Shown one piece after another: positions 1-8,900 of a DNA stretch of 64,000 nucleotides. The stretch is from Deltaproteobacteria bacterium (GTDB taxonomy: Bacteria > Myxococcota > JADLHZ01). The stretch is taken from positions 492 through 64,491 of the forward strand of contig JADLHZ010000148.1 of NCBI GenBank assembly GCA_020848545.1, read 5' to 3'. Positions within the stretch are counted from its first letter, which is position 1, and each line of letters begins with the position of its first letter. The translations under genes and the position numbers were made by a program. The notes under the pieces were generated by a model, which had not been told where the DNA came from, ran no database searches, and saw nothing but the letters and a program-made list of their open reading frames with translations.

Positions 1-1
1 G

Positions 2-274
2 ACGCGCATCCTCATCTGGGGCAGCAAGCCGGAGACGGTGGTGCTGACGCCGGAAGATCTCGCTGCGGCCAATGCGACAGAACGGCGCGTCGAGGCGGCG
101 ATCGCGAAGCTTTCGCAGAGCGATCGCGAGGTGCTGCTGCTCGTCGCCGCCGAGGACTTTTCCCCGCAGCAAGCCGCTGAGATCTTGGGCATCGGCGAGG
201 CGGCGTGCCGGCAGCGGCTGTCGCGCGCGCGCCAACGTCTACAAGCCCTGCTCGATGAAGGAGTGAAGCCATGA
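2..274 (+). CDS. ECF-type sigma-70 factor, C-terminal part (5' end lies outside the window)
   Basis: The frame is open from the window edge. Region-4 HTH 'FSPQQAAEILGIGEAACRQRLSRARQRL'. The stop overlaps the next start (ATGA at 271-274). Confidence 0.8.
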   Translation, partial: TRILIWGSKPETVVLTPEDLAAANATERRVEAAIAKLSQSDREVLLLVAAEDFSPQQAAEILGIGEAACRQRLSRARQRLQALLDEGVKP

Positions 275-483
275 GCGATCATTTGCAGCTGAAGGCGATC
301 GACACCGCCGCCGCCGAACGCATCCACGCGTTGAGCCTCGACGCCTTCTCTCGCACGCATGCGCGCGATCCGCTGATGCGTCAGCTCGGCGCTGCCTACG
401 AGCGCTTCGTCGAGCCGGGGGCGGTCGCGCTCGTGGCTGCGGCACAGATCGCAGCGGCGTTGCTGACGGTATTCGGCGCCTAG
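271..483 (+). CDS. Putative anti-sigma factor, small with a C-terminal TM helix
   Basis: Translationally coupled (ATGA) to the sigma gene. 70 aa with hydrophobic tail 'VALVAAAQIAAALLTVFGA'. No recognisable domain. Confidence 0.4.
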   Translation: MSDHLQLKAIDTAAAERIHALSLDAFSRTHARDPLMRQLGAAYERFVEPGAVALVAAAQIAAALLTVFGA

Positions 484-1277
484 GTTGGAATCTTCATCAA
501 GGTCGCGAGCGTCTCGCACACCTCGAAGCCGACCGACTCGTAGACGGCGCGCGCGTGATACTCGGCGCCGGCGACGATGATCAGCTCATCGGCGACGCTC
601 TGCGCGCCCATCTCGTGGAGCAAGGTCGAGCACACGCCGTTTCGCGCGAACGCTGGATCGGTGCCGACGAGCTGGAAGCGGCCGACCTGCCCTTGCTGGA
701 CGAGCCCCGCGCATCCGGCCGCGCGCGGGCCGATGAACGCGCCGAACCACCTGCCCCAGCCGGCGTCCTGCATCGCGCGGTAGCGGCGCATTTGTTTCAC
801 GACGAACGCGCGCTGCGTCTCGACCGGCGCGCGCGTGCCGTCGGCGAAGGCCGCGATGAGCGCGGCGGTGGCGGCCGTCCAGTCGGCGTCGGACGCGAGC
901 GCGCGAACCGAGACGTCGGCGTTGTGCTTCGGTCCTTTGTGTAGCCGAGTGGCGCGCAGGCAAACGCCGAGATCGCGATGAAAGCCCTGCGCCAAAAAGT
1001 CCGCGTCGTCGCCGAGACGGCCGTCGAGCTCGTCCCACGAGAGGATGGTGGCCCGCCCAGGCGCCGGCGGAAATTCCCTCTCGTGCACCGCGAGCCAGCG
1101 CTCGGCGTCGCCGGCCATGGGTGCCCGTGGAAAGACGAGGAAGTTGCCCCAGAAGAAGCTCGGGTTCGCGTCGGTGCGGACGACCACGTAGTCGCCGCGG
1201 TCGTGGACCTCGCCGTCGAAGCGGGCGACCGCCATGTCGCTCGAGTGCGATCGCGAACGGACTTGCACGATGTGCAC
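480..1277 (-). CDS. GNAT-family N-acetyltransferase-like protein
   Basis: 265-aa ORF with high GC3. The C-terminal 'FARNGVCSTLLHEM...YHARAVYESVGFE' resembles the GNAT acetyl-CoA-binding core. Assigned by eye only. Confidence 0.5.
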   Translation of the reverse strand: MHIVQVRSRSHSSDMAVARFDGEVHDRGDYVVVRTDANPSFFWGNFLVFPRAPMAGDAERWLAVHEREFPPAPGRATILSWDELDGRLGDDADFLAQGFHRDLGVCLRATRLHKGPKHNADVSVRALASDADWTAATAALIAAFADGTRAPVETQRAFVVKQMRRYRAMQDAGWGRWFGAFIGPRAAGCAGLVQQGQVGRFQLVGTDPAFARNGVCSTLLHEMGAQSVADELIIVAGAEYHARAVYESVGFEVCETLATLMKIPT

Positions 1278-1350
1278 CTAGCACCCCGGCCACGGCCACG
1301 ACTATGAGGGAGGCGTTCACGGCTACGAGCCTAGCGCGGGGCTCGGATTT

Positions 1351-2016
1351 GTGGTTCTCGGTCACCCCTGCATGCAGGGCGTCGTCACCAAGCGGCACAT
1401 CTTGCGCCACCCATGGGTGGTCATTCGCCAATTCGGGATCGGTGTCTTCTTCGAGGTGCTGCGCGCGCCCGCGAACGCCACCTTCCTCGAGATCATCGCC
1501 CGGCACGACTTCAAGAAGCGCCGGGGGGAAGAGCTGAAGCGCGTCCACGCCTTGGACAAAGAAGCGCGCCGCCTGCAGCACCGCGCGCTCTCGCTGCAGA
1601 GCTTCACCGCCGACGCCGCGCCGCTCATCGACTTGCTCGACACGCTGTACGACGAGGCGGCACGCCTGCAGGCCTCGCACGCGCGGCCGAAGGCGGGCGA
1701 TCCGGGCGATCCCTTGATGACGCGCTTTCGCGTGCTGCTCGGCCAGCTCGTGGCGCAGGACGGGCCGCTGCGCGCCGCGCTCGGCACCTTGTCGCCGAGC
1801 GAGCTCATCGCCGTCGAGACGCGCGTCTTGAAGAGCACGCAGAAGCGCTTGAAGGACGAGTTCCAGCAGATTATGCAGCACTCGACGACGCAGCTCGACG
1901 TGTCGAAGGCGAACCTCTTGCGCCTCTACTACGCGCTCGACGAGCCTGCCCGCGCGCAGGCGATCGCCAAGGTCTCCGAGAAGGCGAGGGCGGCGATCCT
2001 CGCGGCGCCCGCCTAG
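1351..2016 (+). CDS. Hypothetical protein
   Basis: 221-aa ORF with good GC3 and a helical, Ala/Leu/Arg-rich sequence. The start is ambiguous (GTG 1351 or ATG 1372). No motif recognised. Confidence 0.5.
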   Translation: MVLGHPCMQGVVTKRHILRHPWVVIRQFGIGVFFEVLRAPANATFLEIIARHDFKKRRGEELKRVHALDKEARRLQHRALSLQSFTADAAPLIDLLDTLYDEAARLQASHARPKAGDPGDPLMTRFRVLLGQLVAQDGPLRAALGTLSPSELIAVETRVLKSTQKRLKDEFQQIMQHSTTQLDVSKANLLRLYYALDEPARAQAIAKVSEKARAAILAAPA

Positions 2017-2035
2017 GTAGTGTAGTCAATCGGCC

Positions 2036-2872
2036 ATGTACGTCGACCCCATCACGAAGCGCGACAAGAAGCTTTCACTCAAAGACATCGACACGGCGGC
2101 GCCGAAGAAGGTGAACAAGGAAGAGGCGCTGAAGCAGCAGGAGAAGCTCGAAGAAGAGCTGTTCATGCTGCAGGATCTGATGTTCGGCGCCAAGAAGAAC
2201 AGCGTGCTCGTGGTGCTGCAAGGGCGTGACACGGCTGGTAAAGACGGCACGATCAAGCGCGTCGTCGGCGCGTTGAACCCGCGCGGCGTGCACGTGGCGT
2301 CGTTCGGCGTGCCGACGGAAGAGGAGCGCGAGCATGACTTTCTCTGGCGCATCCATCGCCACACGCCGCGCCTCGGCGAGTTCTCGATCTTCAATCGCTC
2401 GCACTATGAAGACGTGCTCGTCGTGCGCGTGCACCAGCTCTTGCCCGAGAAGATTTGGAAGGAGCGCTACGATCACATCAACACGTTCGAGGAGACGCTC
2501 GCCGAGCACGGCTGCCTCATCTTGAAGTTCTTCCTGCACATCTCGAAGGACGAGCAGAAGGATCGCTTGCTCGAGCGCGAGGCCGATCCGTCGAAGGCGT
2601 GGAAGCTGAACCCGAACGACTGGAAAGAGCGCCAGTATTGGGGCGAATATACGGAGGCGAACGAGGTCGCGATCTCGCGCTGTTCTTCGGAGCACGCGCC
2701 GTGGTGGGTCGTTCCGGCCGACGCCAAGTGGTACCGAAACCTCGTCGTCACCGAGGCGCTCGTGAAGACGCTGCGGCCCTATCGAGAGAGCTGGGTGAAA
2801 GCGCTCGAGAGGGAAGGCAAGGCGGCGAAGGCGGCGTTGGAGGAGTACAAGAAGAAGGAGAAGGCGAAGTGA
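2036..2872 (+). CDS. ppk2: Polyphosphate kinase 2 family (polyphosphate:nucleotide phosphotransferase)
   Basis: Single-domain PPK2 signature 'VLVVLQGRDTAGKDGTIKRV' (Walker A) and 'FLWRIHRHTPRLGEFSIFNRSHYEDVLVVRVH'. Confidence 0.9.
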   Translation: MYVDPITKRDKKLSLKDIDTAAPKKVNKEEALKQQEKLEEELFMLQDLMFGAKKNSVLVVLQGRDTAGKDGTIKRVVGALNPRGVHVASFGVPTEEEREHDFLWRIHRHTPRLGEFSIFNRSHYEDVLVVRVHQLLPEKIWKERYDHINTFEETLAEHGCLILKFFLHISKDEQKDRLLEREADPSKAWKLNPNDWKERQYWGEYTEANEVAISRCSSEHAPWWVVPADAKWYRNLVVTEALVKTLRPYRESWVKALEREGKAAKAALEEYKKKEKAK

Positions 2873-2897
2873 CTTCGGCCACGGCCACGGCGACGAT

Positions 2898-4595
2898 CTA
2901 GGGCGCGGTGAAGATGGGCCGAATGTCGGTCGGGATGCCCCTCATCTTGTCGAGCATCTTCTGCACCTCGGGCCGGATGACCGCGAGCGTGTCGATGAGG
3001 CTCCGCGCCTTCTGGTAGTTCCCCTCCGCCTGCAGCGTCATGAGATCGCGCGTCAGCGCCTTCACGCCGTCGGCGATCTTCGTCGGCTCGACCGCGAAGG
3101 TGCCGTCCTTGCGAATCAAGAACGCGCCGAAGTCGAGCAGGTAGTTCAGCTGCAGCGCCATGCCCTTGCCGTGCGCCTCGGCGATGCCGAAGCCGAGCGT
3201 GCGAAAGCTCGAGGCGAGGAAGGTCGTGTACATCGTCGCGGCCATGCTCTTGTCGATGACGCCTTTGTCGACGAGCAGCCCGAGCGCGAAGAGGCCCGAG
3301 ACGTCCGCCTTCGCTTCCTCGATCGCGCTGTAGGTCTCCTTCAGCTCTTGGCGCACCGTCGAGTCCTTGCCGGCGGCCTTGATGTTGTGCGGGCCCAAGC
3401 CGTGCATCAGCTCGTGCATCAAGATGTGCGTGAAGAAGGCGTCGAAGGCGACGTTCTTCTGATCCGCGGCCGCCAGCGCGCGCTTGCTGATCGGCAAGAG
3501 CACCATCTTGAACTTCGCCTCCTGCACGTTCTTCAACATCACGCGCTTGCTGCCCTTCTCCTTAATCACGCGCTCGTCGTTCGGCAGGTTGAACGCCGCC
3601 GTCTGCACCGCCTTGTTCGCGTCGCCCGAGGTGTAGACCACGTTGACGACGCGAATCGGCGACAGCGCAGCGAGCTTCTTGTTCTTCAGCTTCTCGTCGA
3701 TCGGTAGCGCGTCCTCGATGCCTTGCAGCTCGGCGCCGAACTTTTGCAGCTTCGCCGTCTCTTGGTCGTCGCGCAGCGTGATGAACGCCTCGAACGCCGC
3801 CTTGAAGTTGAAGAGCTCGTCCTCGTAGACTTCGTAGGGCCCGATCGTCGGCTCGATGCTCGCGTCGAGCTCCATCCACGCGACGTCGGAGGCGTAGTAG
3901 TCGTTCGTGCGAAACGCGTCGGCGCGCTTACTGAGAAACGCGGCGAGCGTCGGCTGCTTCGTCAGCTTCGCCGCGGCGTCCAAGTGCGCGCCGGCGACCT
4001 CGAGCTCGTCTTGGTACTCGAGGTTGTACGGCACGACGGACAGCGCGCCGTTCGCTTGGCGGCGGATCGTCGTGAAGAAGCCCGTCGCTTGCGCGCGATC
4101 TTTGTCATTGAGCCCCTTGAAGAACGCCTCGAGCAGCGGCTTCGGCGCGTCGGACGGATAGAACGCGCCGCCGTCGGGCTTCTTCGGCACGTTCGGCAGG
4201 AACGCAGCGTTGTGATCGAGGCGCGACCACGGGCCTTTGTTGATCAAGAAGTAATCGAGGCGCGCTTTGCCGAGCGGCGTCGCGTCGGCCGCGAGGTCGA
4301 GCAGGGTCGCCGTGTTTTGGCCCCACACTTGGCGCAAGAAGAGGCTGTCCATGATCTTCGCGGCGGCGACGATCTCGACGAGCGCGGCGCGTTCTTCCGC
4401 CGGAAGCTTCGAGACGTCGGCGTCGATCTTCACCGGCGCAAAGCGGGCGGCCATCGTGGTCAGCGCTTTTTGATCGGGCAGGGTGTCGGCAGCGAGCAGG
4501 AAGGCGCAAAGAAGGATGAGCATGATGGCGCGCGCCCTAACATAGTGATTGCTTTTGAGCGAAACCTTTGGCAACTGCATCCGATAAATGCGCAT
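2898..4595 (-). CDS. Secreted Zn-dependent hydrolase, DPP3/M49-like
   Basis: Signal peptide 'MLILLCAFLLAA'. 'HELMHGLGPH' followed by 'EEAKADVSG' resembles the paired zinc motifs of the M49/DPP3 family. Confidence 0.65.
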   Translation of the reverse strand: MRIYRMQLPKVSLKSNHYVRARAIMLILLCAFLLAADTLPDQKALTTMAARFAPVKIDADVSKLPAEERAALVEIVAAAKIMDSLFLRQVWGQNTATLLDLAADATPLGKARLDYFLINKGPWSRLDHNAAFLPNVPKKPDGGAFYPSDAPKPLLEAFFKGLNDKDRAQATGFFTTIRRQANGALSVVPYNLEYQDELEVAGAHLDAAAKLTKQPTLAAFLSKRADAFRTNDYYASDVAWMELDASIEPTIGPYEVYEDELFNFKAAFEAFITLRDDQETAKLQKFGAELQGIEDALPIDEKLKNKKLAALSPIRVVNVVYTSGDANKAVQTAAFNLPNDERVIKEKGSKRVMLKNVQEAKFKMVLLPISKRALAAADQKNVAFDAFFTHILMHELMHGLGPHNIKAAGKDSTVRQELKETYSAIEEAKADVSGLFALGLLVDKGVIDKSMAATMYTTFLASSFRTLGFGIAEAHGKGMALQLNYLLDFGAFLIRKDGTFAVEPTKIADGVKALTRDLMTLQAEGNYQKARSLIDTLAVIRPEVQKMLDKMRGIPTDIRPIFTAP

Positions 4596-4803
4596 GGACT
4601 GGCTGCCCGAAAATACCGACGGCGCTCGTCTCCTCGACCTGGAGATCTTCCTCTTCGCAGATCTCGATCTCGCCGAATACCAAGCGCCCCCGCCGCTCGA
4701 TCATCTGCACGGCGAGACCACACGCCGCCGCTACGTCGCGCGCGGAACGACGCTCACGCTGCCGAGCCAGTTCGGCAACCTCGAACAATACCTGTCGTAC
4801 TGA
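4588..4803 (+). CDS. Small hypothetical protein (71 aa)
   Basis: It fills an otherwise empty 210-nt gap. Third codon positions are mostly G/C, like the neighbouring genes. No homology recognised. It overlaps the annotated 5' end of the divergent hydrolase ORF by 8 nt. Confidence 0.3.
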   Translation: MRMDWLPENTDGARLLDLEIFLFADLDLAEYQAPPPLDHLHGETTRRRYVARGTTLTLPSQFGNLEQYLSY

Positions 4804-4806
4804 GAA

Positions 4807-5448
4807 CTAGAAGCGATACCCGAACGAGACGATCGGCAGCGACGCGATCGCGTTCATGTAGAAGAGCACGATGCCGTCGCGCGTGCGCCGGATGTATGGG
4901 CTGCCCATGTAGCCGAACGCTGGGATCTTGAAGCCGAGCGAGAAGCCGCTCTGGTGCTCGAAGCGAAAACCAACGCCGATGCCGCCGCCCATGTAGCCGT
5001 AGCGGACCAAGCTCTCGCCGCGCCAGAGATCGTTCCAGCCGCCGCCGAGCATGCCCAAGATGTCGAGCTTCCAGTCCGACGTGCGCCCTCTCATGATGGT
5101 GACTGAGTAGCCCGCTCCGCCGGTGAAGGCGCCGAAGCGCAGATCGCTGAGCAACGCCCAACCCACGCCCCCGGCCAGGTAGCCATAGAAGTGCCCGGCC
5201 TGCAGGTCGACGCCGATGAGGCCCACGTGCAGCGCGGCGTAGATGCCGAAGTAGCGGGGGATGCGGGGCTTTGGCGCGACGGCGATCGGGATGAGGCGGC
5301 CGCCGGGCGTCACGATCGGCCGGCCGTAGACCGTGAACGGCGCGGACGACGCGGGCGCGGTGCTCGGCTCCGTGTAGGTGGGCGGATCGGCAAGGGCGGG
5401 TAGGGCGTAAGACAATGAGGCGACGACGAGCAGCGATCGAACGAACAT
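4807..5448 (-). CDS. Small Gly-rich outer-membrane beta-barrel-like protein
   Basis: SD 'GGGAGAG' lies upstream of ATG at 5448. Signal peptide 'MFVRSLLVVASLSYALPALA'. Alternating Gly/aromatic strands and a C-terminal 'SFGYRF' (terminal Phe). Confidence 0.6.
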   Translation of the reverse strand: MFVRSLLVVASLSYALPALADPPTYTEPSTAPASSAPFTVYGRPIVTPGGRLIPIAVAPKPRIPRYFGIYAALHVGLIGVDLQAGHFYGYLAGGVGWALLSDLRFGAFTGGAGYSVTIMRGRTSDWKLDILGMLGGGWNDLWRGESLVRYGYMGGGIGVGFRFEHQSGFSLGFKIPAFGYMGSPYIRRTRDGIVLFYMNAIASLPIVSFGYRF

Positions 5449-5536
5449 GGGCGCTCTCCCATCCGTGAGTGTAACCGATACGAACAAAATCCGCGGCGAG
5501 CGAAAATACGCCTTGTCTATATATATGGGTCGCTTT

Positions 5537-6511
5537 TCACCCTTTGGCCGTAGGCACCAGCGCCGCGATGCGGTCCACGAGCGGGCCGGGGAGGGCGACC
5601 GTCATTTTCACCACGACGACCCCTGCCGGCACCGAGGCCAGCTTCACGGCGTCCTTCTCGGTGATCGCCACGAGGTCGGCCGCGCCGCCTTTGCACTTGG
5701 CGAGGGCGGCTTCGAGCGCGCCCGGCGCAAACGCGTGGTGATCATGGAAGTACACGCGCTCGACGACCGTGGCGCCGGCATCGCTGAGCAGCCATTCGAA
5801 GCGCTCCGGGTGCGCGATCGCGGCCATCGCGATGACCCGCTTGCCGGCGATGAGCCCCCGCGCGTCGTCGGCGATGGTCCGCTCGATGTAGACGAGGCCC
5901 GGCGGCGGCGCGGCAATCGCCGGTTCGAGGGTCGCGAGTACGTGCGCCCGCTTCAGCGCCGAACGCAGCTCCCGCCGGCGCGCGACGAAGCGCATGTCGT
6001 TGGCGGCGAGCAGCACGAGATCGAAGTCGCGGGCGAGCTGCAGATGCGAGAAGCCGTCGTCGAGGAGAAAAATATCCGGCTGCAACGCGTCTTGCGCCCA
6101 CTGGGCCGCCCGCGCACGCCGCGCATCGACCACCACCGGCACCCCCGTCGCTCGGGCGATGAACAGCGGTTCGTCGCCAAAGCGCGTGGCCTCACCGTTC
6201 GGATCGACGCGCTCGGTTGGCTGCGACTTCTTGCGCCGATAGCCGCGCGACAGGATGCAAACGCGTAAGCCCCTCGCTTTCAACGCCGTCGCCAGCGCGA
6301 TGACCGTGGGCGTCTTGCCGGTGCCGCCAAAGCTCACGTTGCCGATCGAGACGACCGGCCGCGGCGCTTTGTGCTGCGGGCGCAGTCCGACCGCGAACGC
6401 CCAGACCCGCAACGCGCTCACGCACTGAAGCACGAGGCTCAGCCACGCCTGCACGCGCTCCCGAACTATCCACAGAGGCTGTGGATGACCCTGTGTCATT
6501 CTCGTGATCAA
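5537..6511 (-). CDS. lpxK: Tetraacyldisaccharide 4'-kinase
   Basis: 'VVSIGNVSFGGTGKTPTVIALATALKARGLRVCILSRGY' is the LpxK P-loop region. Confidence 0.85.
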   Translation of the reverse strand: MITRMTQGHPQPLWIVRERVQAWLSLVLQCVSALRVWAFAVGLRPQHKAPRPVVSIGNVSFGGTGKTPTVIALATALKARGLRVCILSRGYRRKKSQPTERVDPNGEATRFGDEPLFIARATGVPVVVDARRARAAQWAQDALQPDIFLLDDGFSHLQLARDFDLVLLAANDMRFVARRRELRSALKRAHVLATLEPAIAAPPPGLVYIERTIADDARGLIAGKRVIAMAAIAHPERFEWLLSDAGATVVERVYFHDHHAFAPGALEAALAKCKGGAADLVAITEKDAVKLASVPAGVVVVKMTVALPGPLVDRIAALVPTAKG

Positions 6512-6597
6512 CTGGGGTTTTCATGCCGTTGGCGCGGGAATTTTGCAAAGTGCTCTTTTTTTGTGCAGGCGCCGGCTTGCGACTACACCCAAGGCGG

Positions 6598-7560
6598 ATG
6601 GTGGTTGTCTCGCGTTTGCTTGCGGCCTTCGCGATCGTCATCGCGAGCGCCTGCCTCAGTGCCTGCCTCACCGGCCGGCCGCAGGGTGGCGAGACGGTCC
6701 TCGCCGTCGATCCTGTCCGCACCGGTCAAGGCGGCAACGACGGTCCGCTCGCCGTCGTCCGGGCGCGCGTCGACGTGCAAGCCCGCGCCGTCGACGCCTT
6801 CGCTGTCGACGCGTTCGTTCCGCGTGACGCCGACGGCGCCGCGGTCGGCGAGCGCGTGCTCATCGTCATCCTGCAAGAGCGCGGCGTCGCCGTCGAGCGC
6901 TATTACTGGCTGGCCACGCACCTCGCGAGCCGCGGCTACCCGGCGATCGTCGTCGACCACTTCGCCGACGCGCCGCTCGTCGAGATCGACAACGGCTGGC
7001 TCGGCTTCGACGCCGTCCGCCGCGCAGTCCGCTTCAATGGCGCGCTGAAGAACGTGCTGCCCGAGGAAGGCGCGCGCGCGATCGTCATCGGCCACGGCGA
7101 AGGCGGCCGCGCGGCGCAAGATCTCTGGCTGCGCTACGCCGACGTCGCGCACTTCATCGCGCTCGGCAGCGTGCTCGCGGAGAACGTTGCGCCGATCGTA
7201 CCCAAGGACGGGGGCGAGGCGCTGTGCATCGTCGGCTCGAACGACGATCGCCGCCCGCGCATGCAGGCCGCCTGCACGCCGAGCCTCATCACGTTGATCG
7301 AAGGCGGCAACCACGCGCTCTTCGCCGACTTTCCGACCGCGGTCGAGCAACGCGCCGACGGTGCCCTCTTCGGCGACGCCGCGGTCTTGCGCCGCCACGC
7401 CCTCGACTTCCTCGACGTCTGGCTCGACGCCAAGGTGCGCGACGACGACGCGGCGAAGGCGGCGCTCGTGCTCATCGACGAGTGGATCGCCGCGCCGAGC
7501 AACGAGGAGAAGCGTCAGCTCGTCGCGCGCCGTTTCCCGGATCTCGGATTCGGCCGATGA
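6598..7560 (+). CDS. Lipoprotein, alpha/beta-hydrolase (dienelactone hydrolase/chlorophyllase-like) fold lacking the nucleophile Ser
   Basis: Start trimmed to 'MVVVSRLLAAFAIVIASAC' (lipobox). The nucleophile-elbow position reads 'VIGHGEGG' instead of G-H-S-x-G-G. Confidence 0.55.
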   Translation: MVVVSRLLAAFAIVIASACLSACLTGRPQGGETVLAVDPVRTGQGGNDGPLAVVRARVDVQARAVDAFAVDAFVPRDADGAAVGERVLIVILQERGVAVERYYWLATHLASRGYPAIVVDHFADAPLVEIDNGWLGFDAVRRAVRFNGALKNVLPEEGARAIVIGHGEGGRAAQDLWLRYADVAHFIALGSVLAENVAPIVPKDGGEALCIVGSNDDRRPRMQAACTPSLITLIEGGNHALFADFPTAVEQRADGALFGDAAVLRRHALDFLDVWLDAKVRDDDAAKAALVLIDEWIAAPSNEEKRQLVARRFPDLGFGR

Positions 7561-8123
7561 CGCGCGCGCTGGTGTTTTGTGCGGCGCTCCTCTTTTGCCC
7601 GACGGCGCGCGCGGACTCGGTGGCCATGCGCTCGCCGCTGCCAGGCCGCGGCCTCGTCGTCGAGCTCGGCTTCCCCGCGACCGAGATCGGCTTCTGGTTC
7701 ACCGGTTGGATCGGCCTCGCCGTGCACGCGCGCTTGCCGTTCAGCGCCATCGGCACCGAGATCGCGCTGCGCCGCACCTTCGCCGGCGATCCGAAGAGCG
7801 GCTTCGGCCTCGAAGGGCTCATCGCGTTCGGCCTCGATCTGCCGCTCGTCTCGCCGGGCTTCGTCGCGACCGCCACCGGCTCGCTCGCCGGCCGCTTCTT
7901 CGCGCCGAGCTGGTTCCTGCAGATCGCGGCGACCACGCCCGCCGCGTTTCGTCTCACCGACCCGACCGAAGCGCGCATTCCGATCCTGGCCGAAGTGTGG
8001 GTCGGCGGCCGCGCGCAGGCGATGTGGATCGGCGTGCATCTCGCGGGCGGCGTGACGCTCGTTCCACCGCAACGCCCGAGCCCAGCGATGCAGCTCGGCC
8101 TTGCGATGGGACTCGAGCTCTGA
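7557..8123 (+). CDS. Secreted or outer-membrane hypothetical protein
   Basis: ATGA overlap with the upstream stop. Signal peptide 'MTRALVFCAALLFCPTARA'. Gly/Ala/aromatic-rich, beta-strand-like sequence. Confidence 0.55.
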   Translation: MTRALVFCAALLFCPTARADSVAMRSPLPGRGLVVELGFPATEIGFWFTGWIGLAVHARLPFSAIGTEIALRRTFAGDPKSGFGLEGLIAFGLDLPLVSPGFVATATGSLAGRFFAPSWFLQIAATTPAAFRLTDPTEARIPILAEVWVGGRAQAMWIGVHLAGGVTLVPPQRPSPAMQLGLAMGLEL

Positions 8124-8140
8124 TACCTCCGACGTCCTCC

Positions 8141-8212
8141 GGCTCGGTACCCAAGTGGTAAGGGAGCGCTCTGCAAAAGCGTCATTCAGCGGTTCGAATC
8201 CGCTCCGAGCCT
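8141..8212 (+). tRNA. tRNA-Cys: tRNA-Cys (anticodon GCA)
   Basis: Hand-folded cloverleaf. Acceptor stem GGCTCGG/CCGAGCC, anticodon stem GCGCT/AGCGT with loop CT-GCA-AA, T arm AGCGG-TTCGAAT-CCGCT. No encoded CCA. Confidence 0.9.
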
Positions 8213-8433
8213 GTCCTTTCGCGCGATAATGGCCCATCTGCTTCGTTGCTCGGTCGCTGCGATGCTCGGCGTACCAACGACGTACGCCTGCGCTTCTCGT
8301 TCCTCGCGCCTCGTAGCTGAACCCTTCTCGCGCGAAATAACCGAGGTCGTCACGCGCTCTTCGTGCGCGTGGACGCTCCGGAACGACACCGATCCCCGTC
8401 GCCGCTCCGATCCGTGGACGGCGTCGATTGGCG

Positions 8434-8494
8434 CGTGGCAGGTGGGCGTAGCTCGTGGCAGGTGGTCGTGAACGTGAACGTGAACGTGAACGTG
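8434..8494. repeat. Two 12-nt direct repeats followed by a hexanucleotide microsatellite
   Basis: CGTGGCAGGTGG occurs at 8434-8445 and 8454-8465. It is followed by (GTGAAC)x4.5 at 8468-8494, in noncoding DNA downstream of the tRNA. Confidence 0.8.
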
Positions 8495-8572
8495 GCCGAC
8501 CTCGACGAATGGCAACACGACGTCTTCATCGTCGCTCGCGAAATCTACGAGATCGACGAGCACCCGCGCATC

Positions 8573-8833
8573 AGGAAGAGCGGAGCGGAGTCGGCGGCGG
8601 AGGCGTACGGCAGTGGCGTCGATCGTGCGGCGGTCGCAGTCGTCGCGGCCGGGCTCGCGGCGTCTGGCGCTGCGAATGGGAATGCGCGCACCGCCCGCGC
8701 CACGCTGCGCGTGTCACGTCCGCTGCACATGGTTCGCCGCGGCGCTTCGGGCTCGCTCTCGCGCGCGAAGGCAACCCCTCGGGGCCTTCGCGCGCGGCTC
8801 GCCCGGCGCCGCTATCGCTCAGCTACGCTCGCG
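8573..8833 (+). repeat. Copy A of a ~265-bp repeat (left inverted repeat of the recombinase element)
   Basis: By hand alignment it matches the reverse complement of 13925-14190 at roughly 75-80% identity, with a 1-nt indel. It contains a perfect 12-bp hairpin stem at 8761-8795. Confidence 0.75.
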
Positions 8834-8900
8834 ATGCTGGTTCGCGAATCACGTTGCATAAACGCGACGCCGCAGCATGCGCGCTTCTGCGGGAGCGCAG

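Noticed and set aside
1366-1379. A perfect 14-bp palindrome CCCTGCATGCAGGG at the 5' end of the 1351..2016 gene.
   Set aside because: About four perfect 7+7 palindromes are expected by chance in 64 kb (64000/4^7). There is no second copy and no associated regulator, so it is noted only as a possible influence on start-codon choice.
1287-2889. Identical 14-nt CGGCCACGGCCACG at 1287-1300 and 2876-2889, flanking the hypothetical + ppk2 block. Considered as possible insertion direct repeats.
   Set aside because: It is a (GGCCAC)2 simple repeat. By my rough estimate, 64 kb compared against itself should give several chance 14-nt matches (about 64000^2/2/4^14), and more in biased GC-rich DNA. There are no recombinase genes or compositional shift between the copies.
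8186-8563. A 125-aa minus-strand ORF containing a 'HVHVHVHVH' stretch.
   Set aside because: It overlaps the 3' half of the tRNA-Cys gene. The His-Val run is just the (GTGAAC)n microsatellite read in frame. The rest is low-complexity.
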